Shown here piece by piece: positions 8,836 through 17,572 of a DNA stretch of 64,000 nt. The translations under genes and the position numbers were made by a program. The first letter of the stretch is position 1. Each line of letters opens with the position of its first letter. The notes beneath the pieces are model-generated. The model saw only the letters and a program-made list of their open reading frames with translations. It did not search any database and was not told where the DNA came from. The stretch lies in assembly GCA_031520405.1 (NCBI GenBank), contig GCA_031520405.1_4842.1. One strand, 5' to 3'. The DNA is from a phage.

Positions 8836-9771
8836 TTTGACAACATCCTGTAACAATCCGAGTAAACTACTCTTCTCAGACGCCGTCAGGTTATCATTGC
8901 CTAAGATATCCCTCTGGATGCCGATAGAGATCCTTTCGAAATCAGCCAAGCTGATACCAGCCAGATTGTTTACAAGCTGCTCGAGTTGCTTATAAGCCAG
9001 CAGGGCTTCACCTGTGAAGTTTCCTTCTTTGATCTTTTTATACAGCTGTCCGGCTTTTGACGCAGCGGTTTCCCAGTCTCCGGAAGCAAGAGCATCAGTA
9101 ATACCCAAAGGAAGAAAATCGCTGGCGAGGCTGCGCGTTTCATATTCAGTCTCCGATAATACTTTGTTATAAGAAAAGGAAATGTTGTACTGATTAAATT
9201 GATCGGCGGCGCTTTTATCCAGATCTATAGAACTGAAGTTGATGGGGTGAGCCTCAGTCACATAAACGCGATGAACAACCTGATCTTCTGTATCCATTTG
9301 CTCTATACAAATATCGGTCACGAAGTCTTCATAATAACCCATCTTGGTTGTGTATGGGTCGAATATCAGATTCTTCCATTTGTCCATGACCGACTTTTCA
9401 TAATAATCGTTGGCGAGGAGGAACGACAACTCCAGATCAATGTTCGTCTTGTTGTTCGGCATTTTAATGTGGTTGCCGTTGTTGGTCATGGGAGTAGTGT
9501 CAATCCCTGTACCAGGTAAAGATGCGACCATACACATCATTTGCAGGGAACGAGATGTTTGGTTTGTCCCTCCAAAGAATGCGTTTACAATACGGGCGCT
9601 TTGTTTGAATAAATCGCCGAATGAAGATGAAGGATATGCGTTCCCATCATTCGCTAGTGTCGCATTGGAATCAAATATTCCAGGCGGCAACGGAATTGTA
9701 ACACGAAATCTGTTCTTGCGGGAAATACCCCGTTGAAGCAGTTGCGTTAGAAAATTGCGATAGTCTTCCAC
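8830..9771 (-). CDS. late protein, putative virion (tail-tube-like / baseplate) protein
   Basis: Track ORF 8830..9966 trimmed to an in-frame GTG at 9771, which has GGAG 8 nt upstream and TATAAATA about 35 nt upstream; the longer version would overlap the divergent gene at 9826. Function is guessed from late-promoter context and a beta-rich sequence. Confidence 0.45.
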   Translation of the reverse strand: MEDYRNFLTQLLQRGISRKNRFRVTIPLPPGIFDSNATLANDGNAYPSSSFGDLFKQSARIVNAFFGGTNQTSRSLQMMCMVASLPGTGIDTTPMTNNGNHIKMPNNKTNIDLELSFLLANDYYEKSVMDKWKNLIFDPYTTKMGYYEDFVTDICIEQMDTEDQVVHRVYVTEAHPINFSSIDLDKSAADQFNQYNISFSYNKVLSETEYETRSLASDFLPLGITDALASGDWETAASKAGQLYKKIKEGNFTGEALLAYKQLEQLVNNLAGISLADFERISIGIQRDILGNDNLTASEKSSLLGLLQDVVKN

Positions 9772-9805
9772 GATGAGGACTCCATTTAAATAATATATCT
9801 GTTGA

Positions 9806-9813
9806 TATTTATA
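9806..9813 (-). promoter_or_regulatory. T4-type late promoter core (TATAAATA)
   Basis: Exact TATAAATA on the minus strand upstream of the GGAG and GTG start of gene 8830..9771. Confidence 0.5.
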
Positions 9814-9825
9814 AGGAGTTGACAA

Positions 9826-10530
9826 ATGGCTAAGAACGCTATGGGTGAAGAAGACCCGTTGTTGCTTCCCGCCGAGATGGACGCCCCAGAACTGGTCAAG
9901 CGTTACATCCGCAAATATCGTCAACATTTTGGGCCGGAAGCGAAGCGTAATATCCGTCGTTCTCATGTGTGGTTTATGGAGCGCGTATCGAAAGATGCTA
10001 ACTTATCTCCGAATCACATGATGAAAGCATTCGCTGAAAATAAACGTCCTGTTCAGGGTGTGCGTTATATTGTTGGTCGCATGTATTATTTCAAATATGA
10101 TGCGCTGACTAAAGATGAACTCCCGTATTGGGATATGTATCCTCTGGTGTTCTTCTTCAATTTTGTGAAGGGGGATGGGGTGAAATTCGGTGAACGTGGT
10201 GTAACCTATCTTTATGGCCTAAACCTCCATTATTTACCGCCTAAACTCAGATTGTTGGTATTTGAAGATCTTATTAAATTGAGAAATGAACGGGCATATC
10301 GTTCTAAAACACGTTTGAGACTTACCTGGGATGCGCTAAAGCGGTTTGCGAATCACCCTTTGTACAATCATTGTGTCAAATTATACCGCGCAGATCAATT
10401 TCGTTCACAACTTTATGAAATTGAACCGCAATATTGGGAGGTCGTTTTGTTTATGCGTACTGCTCGATTCCAGAAACAGAGTCAGATGTCTGTTTGGAAG
10501 GACGCACGTCGTAAACACAAAAATGGTTAG
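9826..10530 (+). CDS. hypothetical protein (234 aa)
   Basis: ORF with AAGGAG RBS 7 nt upstream of the ATG; basic, Tyr/Phe-rich; no assignable motif. Confidence 0.55.
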   Translation: MAKNAMGEEDPLLLPAEMDAPELVKRYIRKYRQHFGPEAKRNIRRSHVWFMERVSKDANLSPNHMMKAFAENKRPVQGVRYIVGRMYYFKYDALTKDELPYWDMYPLVFFFNFVKGDGVKFGERGVTYLYGLNLHYLPPKLRLLVFEDLIKLRNERAYRSKTRLRLTWDALKRFANHPLYNHCVKLYRADQFRSQLYEIEPQYWEVVLFMRTARFQKQSQMSVWKDARRKHKNG

Positions 10531-10536
10531 TTCTAA

Positions 10537-10572
10537 AAGCCGTTCTACGTGATAATTCGCGAACGGCTTTCT
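10537..10572 (+). terminator. hairpin, possible terminator
   Basis: aagccgttc / gaacggctt stem with a long loop after the stop of ORF 9826..10530; weak T-tract. Confidence 0.3.
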
Positions 10573-10591
10573 ATAAACATGAGGTTATGAT

Positions 10592-11338
10592 ATGTCACAG
10601 CTACATCGTATTTTTGGTATTGAATTCAGTTCTAATTGCGTTCGATATGATCGCACCCATAAAGATTCGGGTGGTAAAACCGGATATGAACTCGGTAGCC
10701 AGTTGGGATATTCCAAGGAACAATTGTTTAATCAGCACAGGCTGAATGAAACGGATCTTCTTAAGGTTATGGGTATTGAACTTGATTCCGAAGCCAGCTT
10801 GGATCTGGGCGACGAAATTCGTTTTGGCAAACCAGAAGCATTGGAATTCATTGAAGACTTCGTTTCTGGTTATACCCAAGCCGCTACGAACCGCCGCGCT
10901 GCTAATGATGCAGTGGGTAAATTCTACTTTGCGGCGAAATATCTTGCCGACAAACGTATACAGATGGAAGCGGAATTCAGTAAAGAAAATCTGAAAGCGG
11001 TTTTCGGCGAAGAAGGCGATTTCCGTTTAATGCCAGAATCTGGCACTGATTCAGCTCGTGATTTCTTTGAAAAACCATTTGTGGTCAAAGGCTGTAAAAT
11101 TCTTACCGACGAAGACCACGCTTTCGCAATCCATACTGAAGTCGTTTACAATGAAGAGAATTGCCTTGTTATTTCCAGATTGTTCAACAGTCTGTCATAC
11201 ACAGCGTATTCTTTGATTGAACGTTGTATGGAAGAAGAGCATCGTCAGGTAGTGGTGAATAAAATTCGCTTACACGTTGAGCAGAATTTTAACGGGTTTG
11301 GTTGTGAATCCGGCGAAATTCCTAATTTCTATCTGTAG
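10592..11338 (+). CDS. hypothetical protein (248 aa)
   Basis: ORF with GAGG RBS; acidic protein, no recognised motif. Confidence 0.55.
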   Translation: MSQLHRIFGIEFSSNCVRYDRTHKDSGGKTGYELGSQLGYSKEQLFNQHRLNETDLLKVMGIELDSEASLDLGDEIRFGKPEALEFIEDFVSGYTQAATNRRAANDAVGKFYFAAKYLADKRIQMEAEFSKENLKAVFGEEGDFRLMPESGTDSARDFFEKPFVVKGCKILTDEDHAFAIHTEVVYNEENCLVISRLFNSLSYTAYSLIERCMEEEHRQVVVNKIRLHVEQNFNGFGCESGEIPNFYL

Positions 11339-11355
11339 CACAAGCAGGGGGCTGT

Positions 11356-11643
11356 ATGAAGAAATATGTTCGCCTGAACACAGTACTGGAATCTGTAATC
11401 GAATATTTCATAATGCAGCACCTGAGAGCAGAAAATGATCATGTGAGCGATGCTTTGACTTATGACCACCGGATAGTGGTTCATTCCGTCGAAATAGTGG
11501 ACGACGAATTGTTGATTGCTAACATAGAACATGCTCTCTGGGACGAAGTTTTGGACCAGTATGTTCAACCCAAATTCACACAAATCGAGTTATCTGCCAT
11601 GTGGCCACCTGAAACAGTTTTCAATATTGATATACAAAGTTAA
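11356..11643 (+). CDS. hypothetical protein (95 aa)
   Basis: ORF from track. Confidence 0.45.
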   Translation: MKKYVRLNTVLESVIEYFIMQHLRAENDHVSDALTYDHRIVVHSVEIVDDELLIANIEHALWDEVLDQYVQPKFTQIELSAMWPPETVFNIDIQS

Positions 11644-11720
11644 TATTCACGTCAGTCCGCGCTGTTCCAGCGTTCCGTTGTCTAACACAGAAGTGTTAAC
11701 CAACTTTTCAATAAAAAGTG

Positions 11721-11749
11721 GTTTACATCTTCTAAAAAGGCAGTATATT
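11721..11749 (+). promoter_or_regulatory. candidate sigma70-type early promoter (GTTTAC-N17-TATATT)
   Basis: -35-like GTTTAC and -10-like TATATT with 17-nt spacing, preceded by an A/T-rich TTCAATAAA motif, upstream of gene 11817. Confidence 0.4.
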
Positions 11750-11816
11750 AATGTTCCAGACGCACAGTTGAACATTAGACTGCCAAAGAAGGTTACTACA
11801 CAAAAGGGTTTTTATT

Positions 11817-12776
11817 ATGTCCTATATTCTTCATATCGAGTCCGGCCTGAAATTTGAAATTGATGGTAAAACCGCTGCTGATCTTCAAGCAGAAATCAAA
11901 GGTGCAGACCTTATCATCGGCAACGTCACGTTACGCCGTATGATGGAAGGCGTCCTCCAGTCAGCCAACGGCTTTGAACTCATTGAAGGTCTGAGCCAGG
12001 AAGAGAAAGAAGAGACTCTCGAAGCTCTTGACCGCGCTGAAGCCGAAAAAGTTAAACCGACCGAAGATGCGGGGGTTAAACAGGGCGACGGTGAATCAAA
12101 TCCGGTGATTGACGCCGAAGAAACGGTTGGGCAACCTGTCGGTGATCAAAATTCCCAGACCGTCGAAGACGGTTCTCTTGAAGTCAACAAAGACGGTTCC
12201 ATTTCCCTGGTAGTTGAAGGCGAAGAAGTTCTTGACGAAGAAGCGCAAGCCCGTGCTGAAGAAGTTCGCCGTCGTATGCTGGGCACAACCGTTGCTGAAG
12301 CAATCGCCGACGTTGAAAATCCGAAGGATGATCAGGCTTTAGCGAACGCGAAGGCGGTTCTGGCCAAGAAATCTTCTGAAATGCGCCCTGCATCTTCTAC
12401 CGAAGAACGCAAGCGTCGTCATAACAAGCGTGAAGAAATGGTTGAAGCGGCTCGCGCATCCAATTATGGTCCTATCCTGGCTGCGGTTGAATCGGGGGTT
12501 GTGCCTGGGGTTTATTTGAGCTATGTGAATCCGGATATGCGCTGGTTCCAGTTCCCTGTTACCGAACTGGCAGATGAAGCCAATCCACACGCCCGCACCA
12601 ATACTTATGTTGATCTGGCGCCGATCGTTTCCGGCGGCTGGGGGTTCAGTCTGTATGTGAATGGTAAATCATTCACCAAACGCCAGAAAATCAAAGAAAC
12701 TGATGCCGAATCTCTGGTGAAAGCAATCAATGAATGGTTGCCACAGGCGTTGGCCGAAGCGAAAGCTGCTGCGTAA
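11817..12776 (+). CDS. acidic hypothetical protein (319 aa)
   Basis: Long ORF, E/D-rich central region; terminator downstream. Confidence 0.55.
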   Translation: MSYILHIESGLKFEIDGKTAADLQAEIKGADLIIGNVTLRRMMEGVLQSANGFELIEGLSQEEKEETLEALDRAEAEKVKPTEDAGVKQGDGESNPVIDAEETVGQPVGDQNSQTVEDGSLEVNKDGSISLVVEGEEVLDEEAQARAEEVRRRMLGTTVAEAIADVENPKDDQALANAKAVLAKKSSEMRPASSTEERKRRHNKREEMVEAARASNYGPILAAVESGVVPGVYLSYVNPDMRWFQFPVTELADEANPHARTNTYVDLAPIVSGGWGFSLYVNGKSFTKRQKIKETDAESLVKAINEWLPQALAEAKAAA

Positions 12777-12804
12777 TTTAATTCAGAAGCATTCAATAGA
12801 TGAA

Positions 12805-12834
12805 GGGGCTGCTATAATAGCAGCTCCTTTTGTT
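12805..12834 (+). terminator. intrinsic terminator
   Basis: ggggctgct / agcagctcc stem followed by ttttgtttatt; a TATAAT lies within the loop region. Confidence 0.55.
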
Positions 12835-12848
12835 TATTGGAGCACACC

Positions 12849-13511
12849 ATGTCGTATTCGCTCAAAGGGTTGTTGAAGCGCCCCGTACATCTATTTGTAA
12901 AACCACCTGCTGTCGAAGGGGAATATCCGGCACGAGGAGAGTTGTATTACGTTAAAGGCTCCAACGGTAGCGGCAAGTCCACTGTCCCTTCCTATCTGGC
13001 GGAGAATGATCCTCAGGCGTATGTCGTGACCTACAATGGCAAGATCATGCTCACAGTTTGCCCTTCCTATAACATTATCTGTATTGGTAAATATGACAAG
13101 TCTAAGTCTAAAGGTGTTGATTCCCTGAAAGATACCGAGCAGATGTTGTTCGCCTTGTCCATTGCTGATCAGCCGGAATATCTGAAATATGACGTGTTGT
13201 TTGAAGGAATCATCCCTTCAACTTTGCTCAGCTCATGGATTCCCCGCCTGACGCGCCCACCGCGCGAATTAGTCGTGCTCTTCATGGACACCCCGCTTGA
13301 AACCTGTGTTTCCCGTGTGAAATCACGCAACGGCGGCGCAGACTTCAATGAAAGCCTGGTTGTCGAAAAGTGGGAGAGAGTTCATGACCACCGCCAACGG
13401 CATAAAGGCTTGTTCCCTACCGTTCCCGCAGGTATGATGAAGTCCAATGGCCTGACTATAGAGCAGGCTGTTTTTGCGTTTCTCAATCGTGATTTTGGGA
13501 GTATTGATTGA
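12849..13511 (+). CDS. P-loop NTPase / kinase-like protein
   Basis: Walker A GSNGSGKST and Walker-B-like YDVLFEG; start set at the ATG with GGAG RBS (track ORF begins at an upstream TTG); first gene of the hydroxymethylase operon. Confidence 0.55.
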   Translation: MSYSLKGLLKRPVHLFVKPPAVEGEYPARGELYYVKGSNGSGKSTVPSYLAENDPQAYVVTYNGKIMLTVCPSYNIICIGKYDKSKSKGVDSLKDTEQMLFALSIADQPEYLKYDVLFEGIIPSTLLSSWIPRLTRPPRELVVLFMDTPLETCVSRVKSRNGGADFNESLVVEKWERVHDHRQRHKGLFPTVPAGMMKSNGLTIEQAVFAFLNRDFGSID

Positions 13512-14551
13512 TGGAAATTTTTGCTTTAAACAATAATGATATGCTGAAGAAGGCTGTGTTGGCCATCCGTGAACACGGCATTGAGTCAGATCCTGGCAAC
13601 GCAGAGATTAACACTGACGGCACTCGTTTCATTGATGGTGTAACAATTACAGTATCAGATCCACGTGACCGTTGGCTTTCCGTTGAAGGCCGCAACTCGT
13701 CGGCAATTGCTGCCATCGGTGAGACATTCTGGGTGTTGTCCGGACGTAATGATATCCGTTTCCTTTCGAAAGTCTTACCCCGCGCCGCCAACTTCTCTGA
13801 TGACGGTGTAACCTGGCGAGGCGCGTATGGCCCACGTCTGTACAATAATGGCCAGTTGGATAGTGTCATCAGCCGTCTGCGTAATAATCCCAACACCCGT
13901 CAGGCGTATCTCACCATCTATGATCCGGCGCTGGACTCAGATGAAGGTTTGGCCGCCCATAGTGAAACTGGAGAAGCCAAGACCAAGGACATGATCTGTA
14001 ATCTTGCTCTATTGTTCAGTATAACAGAAGGGCGATTGAATATCACTGTCATTAACCGCAGCCAAGATGTCTTGTGGGGCATGAGTTCAATCAATTTCAT
14101 TGAATTCTCTATCCTGCAAGAAGTTCTGGCGAAAGTGCTGAATGTCGAAGTTGGGTATTACAAACTGTTTTCTAACAATCTTCATTATTACAACAATGAA
14201 GTTAGTCGGAAACAACTCGGGGGTATCACTAAGAAGACCAAAACTTCTTCTGGGATGTACAATTCTTTGCTGGAATTCTCTTCAGAAAAAGTGAAGTCGC
14301 AAAAAGATATTTGTAATCTATTCCTCGGCGTGTTACATCACTGTGACATCGGCAGTGATTTTGGTAAAATCAGAGAACATCTGAAAGGATATCAAGCAGA
14401 CACGGGATTGATGATGGATATGTCATATTGCCTGTGGTGTCGCCTCAATGATACCAAAATTGACAAACGCCGTATCGCTGATGACGGTCTTCGTACTGCA
14501 TTACTGCATTCCCCTGTTGATCAGAAATTTATGTGGGGGTATGGCGAATGA
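13511..14551 (+). CDS. pyrimidine (dCMP/dUMP) hydroxymethylase, thymidylate-synthase fold, gp42-like, with about 100-aa C-terminal extension
   Basis: TRQAYLTIYDP and MICNLALLFSITEGRLNITVINRSQDVLWG parallel the T4 gp42 motifs SRRGIMIYTRP and FMCTNT...NMRSNDVVFGF (nucleophile Cys and downstream RSxD). Length 347 aa versus about 246 aa for gp42. Confidence 0.65.
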   Translation: MEIFALNNNDMLKKAVLAIREHGIESDPGNAEINTDGTRFIDGVTITVSDPRDRWLSVEGRNSSAIAAIGETFWVLSGRNDIRFLSKVLPRAANFSDDGVTWRGAYGPRLYNNGQLDSVISRLRNNPNTRQAYLTIYDPALDSDEGLAAHSETGEAKTKDMICNLALLFSITEGRLNITVINRSQDVLWGMSSINFIEFSILQEVLAKVLNVEVGYYKLFSNNLHYYNNEVSRKQLGGITKKTKTSSGMYNSLLEFSSEKVKSQKDICNLFLGVLHHCDIGSDFGKIREHLKGYQADTGLMMDMSYCLWCRLNDTKIDKRRIADDGLRTALLHSPVDQKFMWGYGE

Positions 14552-15117
14552 TGTACCAGAACCTTGAATTCTTCACGGGGCGCAAGCGCTCCGGCAAGGA
14601 CTTCTGTTTGGAGTCCCTGATCAGTTTTCATCATATTCAGGGTGATAAGGATATTCGTCGTCTGTCTTTCTCAGATGAACTGCGACGTGTCGCCAATTTC
14701 ATCTACCCATGGCTACCAGCGGAGGTGGAGGATGCTGTGAAGGACGTTCCATTCGTACACCCTGATAACCCCAAGGGCTTAACCCCACGGCAGATCTGGC
14801 TTCATCTGGGCAGCGATACGGGCTTGCGTTATGTACAACCAGACCTGTTCCTGTCATTCTTTAAACGATATCAACTTCCTTTGGTGGAGCAGAACCCACA
14901 CGTTCATTATATCGTGAGTGATTTGCGCACCCCTCAGGAATATGAATGGGCGCTGAGCACTAAATGTCCCATCACCCGCATTTCAAAGGCGGATCGCGGT
15001 GGTATCATAGAGGATGACATTGAGGCTTTCATTGATGAGATGAAAGTTGATTATGAATTTGTTAACCCATTTGAAGGTTGGCAACCATTCGTCAAATTTT
15101 ATAGGGATCGGAAATGA
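14548..15117 (+). CDS. deoxynucleoside monophosphate kinase, gp1-like
   Basis: GRKRSGKD P-loop variant matches the T4 gp1 signature (GVKRSGKD); ATG overlaps the upstream stop (ATGA). Confidence 0.6.
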   Translation: MMYQNLEFFTGRKRSGKDFCLESLISFHHIQGDKDIRRLSFSDELRRVANFIYPWLPAEVEDAVKDVPFVHPDNPKGLTPRQIWLHLGSDTGLRYVQPDLFLSFFKRYQLPLVEQNPHVHYIVSDLRTPQEYEWALSTKCPITRISKADRGGIIEDDIEAFIDEMKVDYEFVNPFEGWQPFVKFYRDRK

Positions 15118-15659
15118 TCACAGCAGAGCATATCAAAAATCTGCTCGAACTTCAAAAGGCCACCAACGTGGCCTATTTTGGGGAAGAGTGGAAGAAGCGC
15201 TGGACCGAAGTGGCGATAGCAAACTCCATCTATCGTGAGTGGGCAGAGTTTCTAGACGAAACAACCATAGACTGGAAGATCTATGGGGGTGGTAAGCATT
15301 GGCGACAAGTGGATGCCATATACGAGTTGGTGGACGTTGTTCACTTCATGCTCTGTGCTGTCCTGCAGGAGGAAGACAAACCACACGATATTCCAGAAAT
15401 GGTGAGATTCGTTCAGGCGCAGCCAATTCAAACCCCTCACGACCTCAGGAAAGTGACTGAACTGTTCACGTATTTCATGTCACACCCTCTTCGGAATGTT
15501 TTGGCTACCTTCTTGGCGTGTGCTTGTGGTTATCTAGGACTGGACGCCGAAACTTACATGCTGGCACACAAACGCAAAAATGATCGCAATCGGCTGCGTG
15601 CTGCTGGCGGTGCGAACTACGATAAGTCCGCAGAAACCCCTCTGACCCTGGAGTTCTAA
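15114..15659 (+). CDS. dCTPase/dUTPase-like all-alpha NTP pyrophosphatase (gp56-like)
   Basis: ELVDVVHFMLCAVL resembles the T4 gp56 ELVDIFHFVLNMFVGL core; start overlaps the upstream stop. Confidence 0.5.
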   Translation: MITAEHIKNLLELQKATNVAYFGEEWKKRWTEVAIANSIYREWAEFLDETTIDWKIYGGGKHWRQVDAIYELVDVVHFMLCAVLQEEDKPHDIPEMVRFVQAQPIQTPHDLRKVTELFTYFMSHPLRNVLATFLACACGYLGLDAETYMLAHKRKNDRNRLRAAGGANYDKSAETPLTLEF

Positions 15660-16189
15660 TGTTTACAGTTGTCGTATCATATTATGCGGAACATGCCCCG
15701 CGCATGGCAGAGAACTTCGCTGAGTTTATTAAACCAGGCGGTCATGTCGTTATTGCGACCAATTTCAAGAAAGAGCCAGATGGTGCGGCTACTGTAACAC
15801 AACATATTACAACCAAAGAGCCGGAAACACTTTTTAAACGCATTGAAGATTTTGCTTTTGGCGGGGAAGAAATTCCAGAGTCATTACAGCATATCTATTT
15901 TGAAGATGCGATATATTATGTTCATGCTATTCCAAAGGATGTTACAACTGAACAAATGATGTATATCCTGAATATCGCATTGAATGTTTCTTGTGTCAAC
16001 AGGGCACAGCACAATCGTCTGCGTAATATGTATTTAACAGAACGCGGGGGTTCCGAAATTAACGATGAAAAACTCCCGTCAATAATGGCGATTCATGAAG
16101 CAATCAATATATTGTCCAAGAAAGTCTTGGGCACCGATTTATTAATTACGATCAACAAGCAAGAGGAAACGAAATGGCCGATTCATTGA
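15659..16189 (+). CDS. hypothetical protein (176 aa)
   Basis: ORF from track, translationally coupled (TAATG) to the upstream gene. Confidence 0.5.
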   Translation: MFTVVVSYYAEHAPRMAENFAEFIKPGGHVVIATNFKKEPDGAATVTQHITTKEPETLFKRIEDFAFGGEEIPESLQHIYFEDAIYYVHAIPKDVTTEQMMYILNIALNVSCVNRAQHNRLRNMYLTERGGSEINDEKLPSIMAIHEAINILSKKVLGTDLLITINKQEETKWPIH

Positions 16190-17259
16190 TGGCTCGCATG
16201 CTCAAGACAGCAAAGAAACTGGACCCGAATGCCGAAGTGCTGTCAAAGACCGATGCGCTGAAGCCTGACATTATTTGCAGTACGGGTATTCCTATTCTGA
16301 ATTTGGCCTGGTCCGGTCGTATTGATGGTGGTCTGATATCAGGCATCAAACAGTTGGTGGGGGATTCTCGTACATTCAAAACCATGTTTGGGCTGGTGGA
16401 TGTTAAGGCTTACATGGATAAGTTTCCTGATGCAATTTGTATCTTCGCGGATTCAGAAGGCGGTGCGAATGAAAACTACTGGACATCTATGGGTATTGAC
16501 ATGGACCGTGTCTTGTATCTGCCGATTGAAAACGTTGAAAAGACGAAGATCAAGCTGACACAGCTTCTGAACGATGCACAGAAAGGTGACAAGATCATCG
16601 TATTCATTGACTCAATCAGCCAGTTGCCGTCTACCAAAGAAGTTGATGATGCCATCGCGGGCAAAGACACGCAAGATATGACCCGCGCTCGCGCTCTCAA
16701 TAGTTTTTGGCGTGTTATCACCCCGTTGGTCACTGAAAAGAAATTCGTTTTGGTATGGATCAACTCGTACTATGATGAAATCGGGAACCAATACGCCGAG
16801 CCGAACATCAAAGGCGGTAAACAGGGGTTCCTGTCTTCTAACCAATTGTGGTTCATCACGCGTTCTCAAGTTAAAGAAGACAAAGACCTTTTGGGATGGC
16901 AGTTTACAGTCAACATTATGAAAGGCCGCTTTGTCCGTGAAAAAGCCAAGTTCCCTGTCACTGTGTTGTATGAAGGCGGTATTGACCGTTGGTCCGGTAT
17001 GTTAGAAATTGCGCGCATGCTGGGGTATGTGGATTTGGTGAGTGGTTCTTGGTATCAACGCACTGCCAAAGGCGGGTTTGATCCAGAAAAAGAAAAGAAA
17101 TATCGTAAGGCAGAGCTGGGGGATGACTTCTGGTATCCGCTGCTGGAAAACCCAGACTTTGTTGACGATGTGAACAACATGTTCGGTATCTCTCAGAGTT
17201 CGGTTATGCCTGCAGATATGCTGGAGCGCCTCGATAATGTCATCAAAACAACCGAGTAA
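16174..17259 (+). CDS. uvsX: UvsX recombinase (RecA/Rad51 family)
   Basis: Collinear with T4 UvsX (IPILNLAWSGRIDGGL, LVGDSRTFKT, DAICIFADSEGG, IVFIDSISQL, DMTRARALNSFWRVITP); 361 aa. Confidence 0.85.
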   Translation: MADSLMARMLKTAKKLDPNAEVLSKTDALKPDIICSTGIPILNLAWSGRIDGGLISGIKQLVGDSRTFKTMFGLVDVKAYMDKFPDAICIFADSEGGANENYWTSMGIDMDRVLYLPIENVEKTKIKLTQLLNDAQKGDKIIVFIDSISQLPSTKEVDDAIAGKDTQDMTRARALNSFWRVITPLVTEKKFVLVWINSYYDEIGNQYAEPNIKGGKQGFLSSNQLWFITRSQVKEDKDLLGWQFTVNIMKGRFVREKAKFPVTVLYEGGIDRWSGMLEIARMLGYVDLVSGSWYQRTAKGGFDPEKEKKYRKAELGDDFWYPLLENPDFVDDVNNMFGISQSSVMPADMLERLDNVIKTTE

Positions 17260-17566
17260 TATTGCAGGGGGAGGAGACTCCCCCGTTAATTACAAAATCA
17301 TCGACCCTGGTTCTGATCAGTTAGCAATAATCGAAATAACGGAAGGCAAATTCCGTGGCGTTCAATTTCGTATAGGGAAAGTGGGTGTCCATTTAGATAA
17401 TGGAGAGCCTCGGTTATCCTTTACAACAGATATATTGAAGAAACCATGGCGTTTGTTATTTGTTAATTTGAAAGAAAATGACTTGTTCACTGTGGTGTCT
17501 GGGGATATCTTAGTTGATCTGATACAGCAAAATGCTCAGGATTACAACAAAATTTTGGTGGGGTAG
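17237..17566 (+). CDS. hypothetical protein (109 aa)
   Basis: ORF between uvsX and the helicase gene; overlaps the uvsX 3' end. Confidence 0.45.
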   Translation: MSSKQPSNIAGGGDSPVNYKIIDPGSDQLAIIEITEGKFRGVQFRIGKVGVHLDNGEPRLSFTTDILKKPWRLLFVNLKENDLFTVVSGDILVDLIQQNAQDYNKILVG

Positions 17567-17572
17567 TTGCCA

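Noticed and set aside
8830-9966. Full-length track ORF (378 aa) for the late gene
   Set aside because: The extended 5' part would overlap the divergent gene at 9826 by 140 nt and would start upstream of the TATAAATA promoter; the in-frame GTG at 9771 with GGAG fits the promoter position better.
13511-14551. Calling the TS-fold enzyme a canonical thymidylate synthase
   Set aside because: The motif context around the nucleophile Cys and the RSxD segment is closer to T4 gp42-type hydroxymethylases, and the gene sits with dNMP kinase and dCTPase as in hydroxymethyl-dCTP pathways; TS activity cannot be excluded without alignment.
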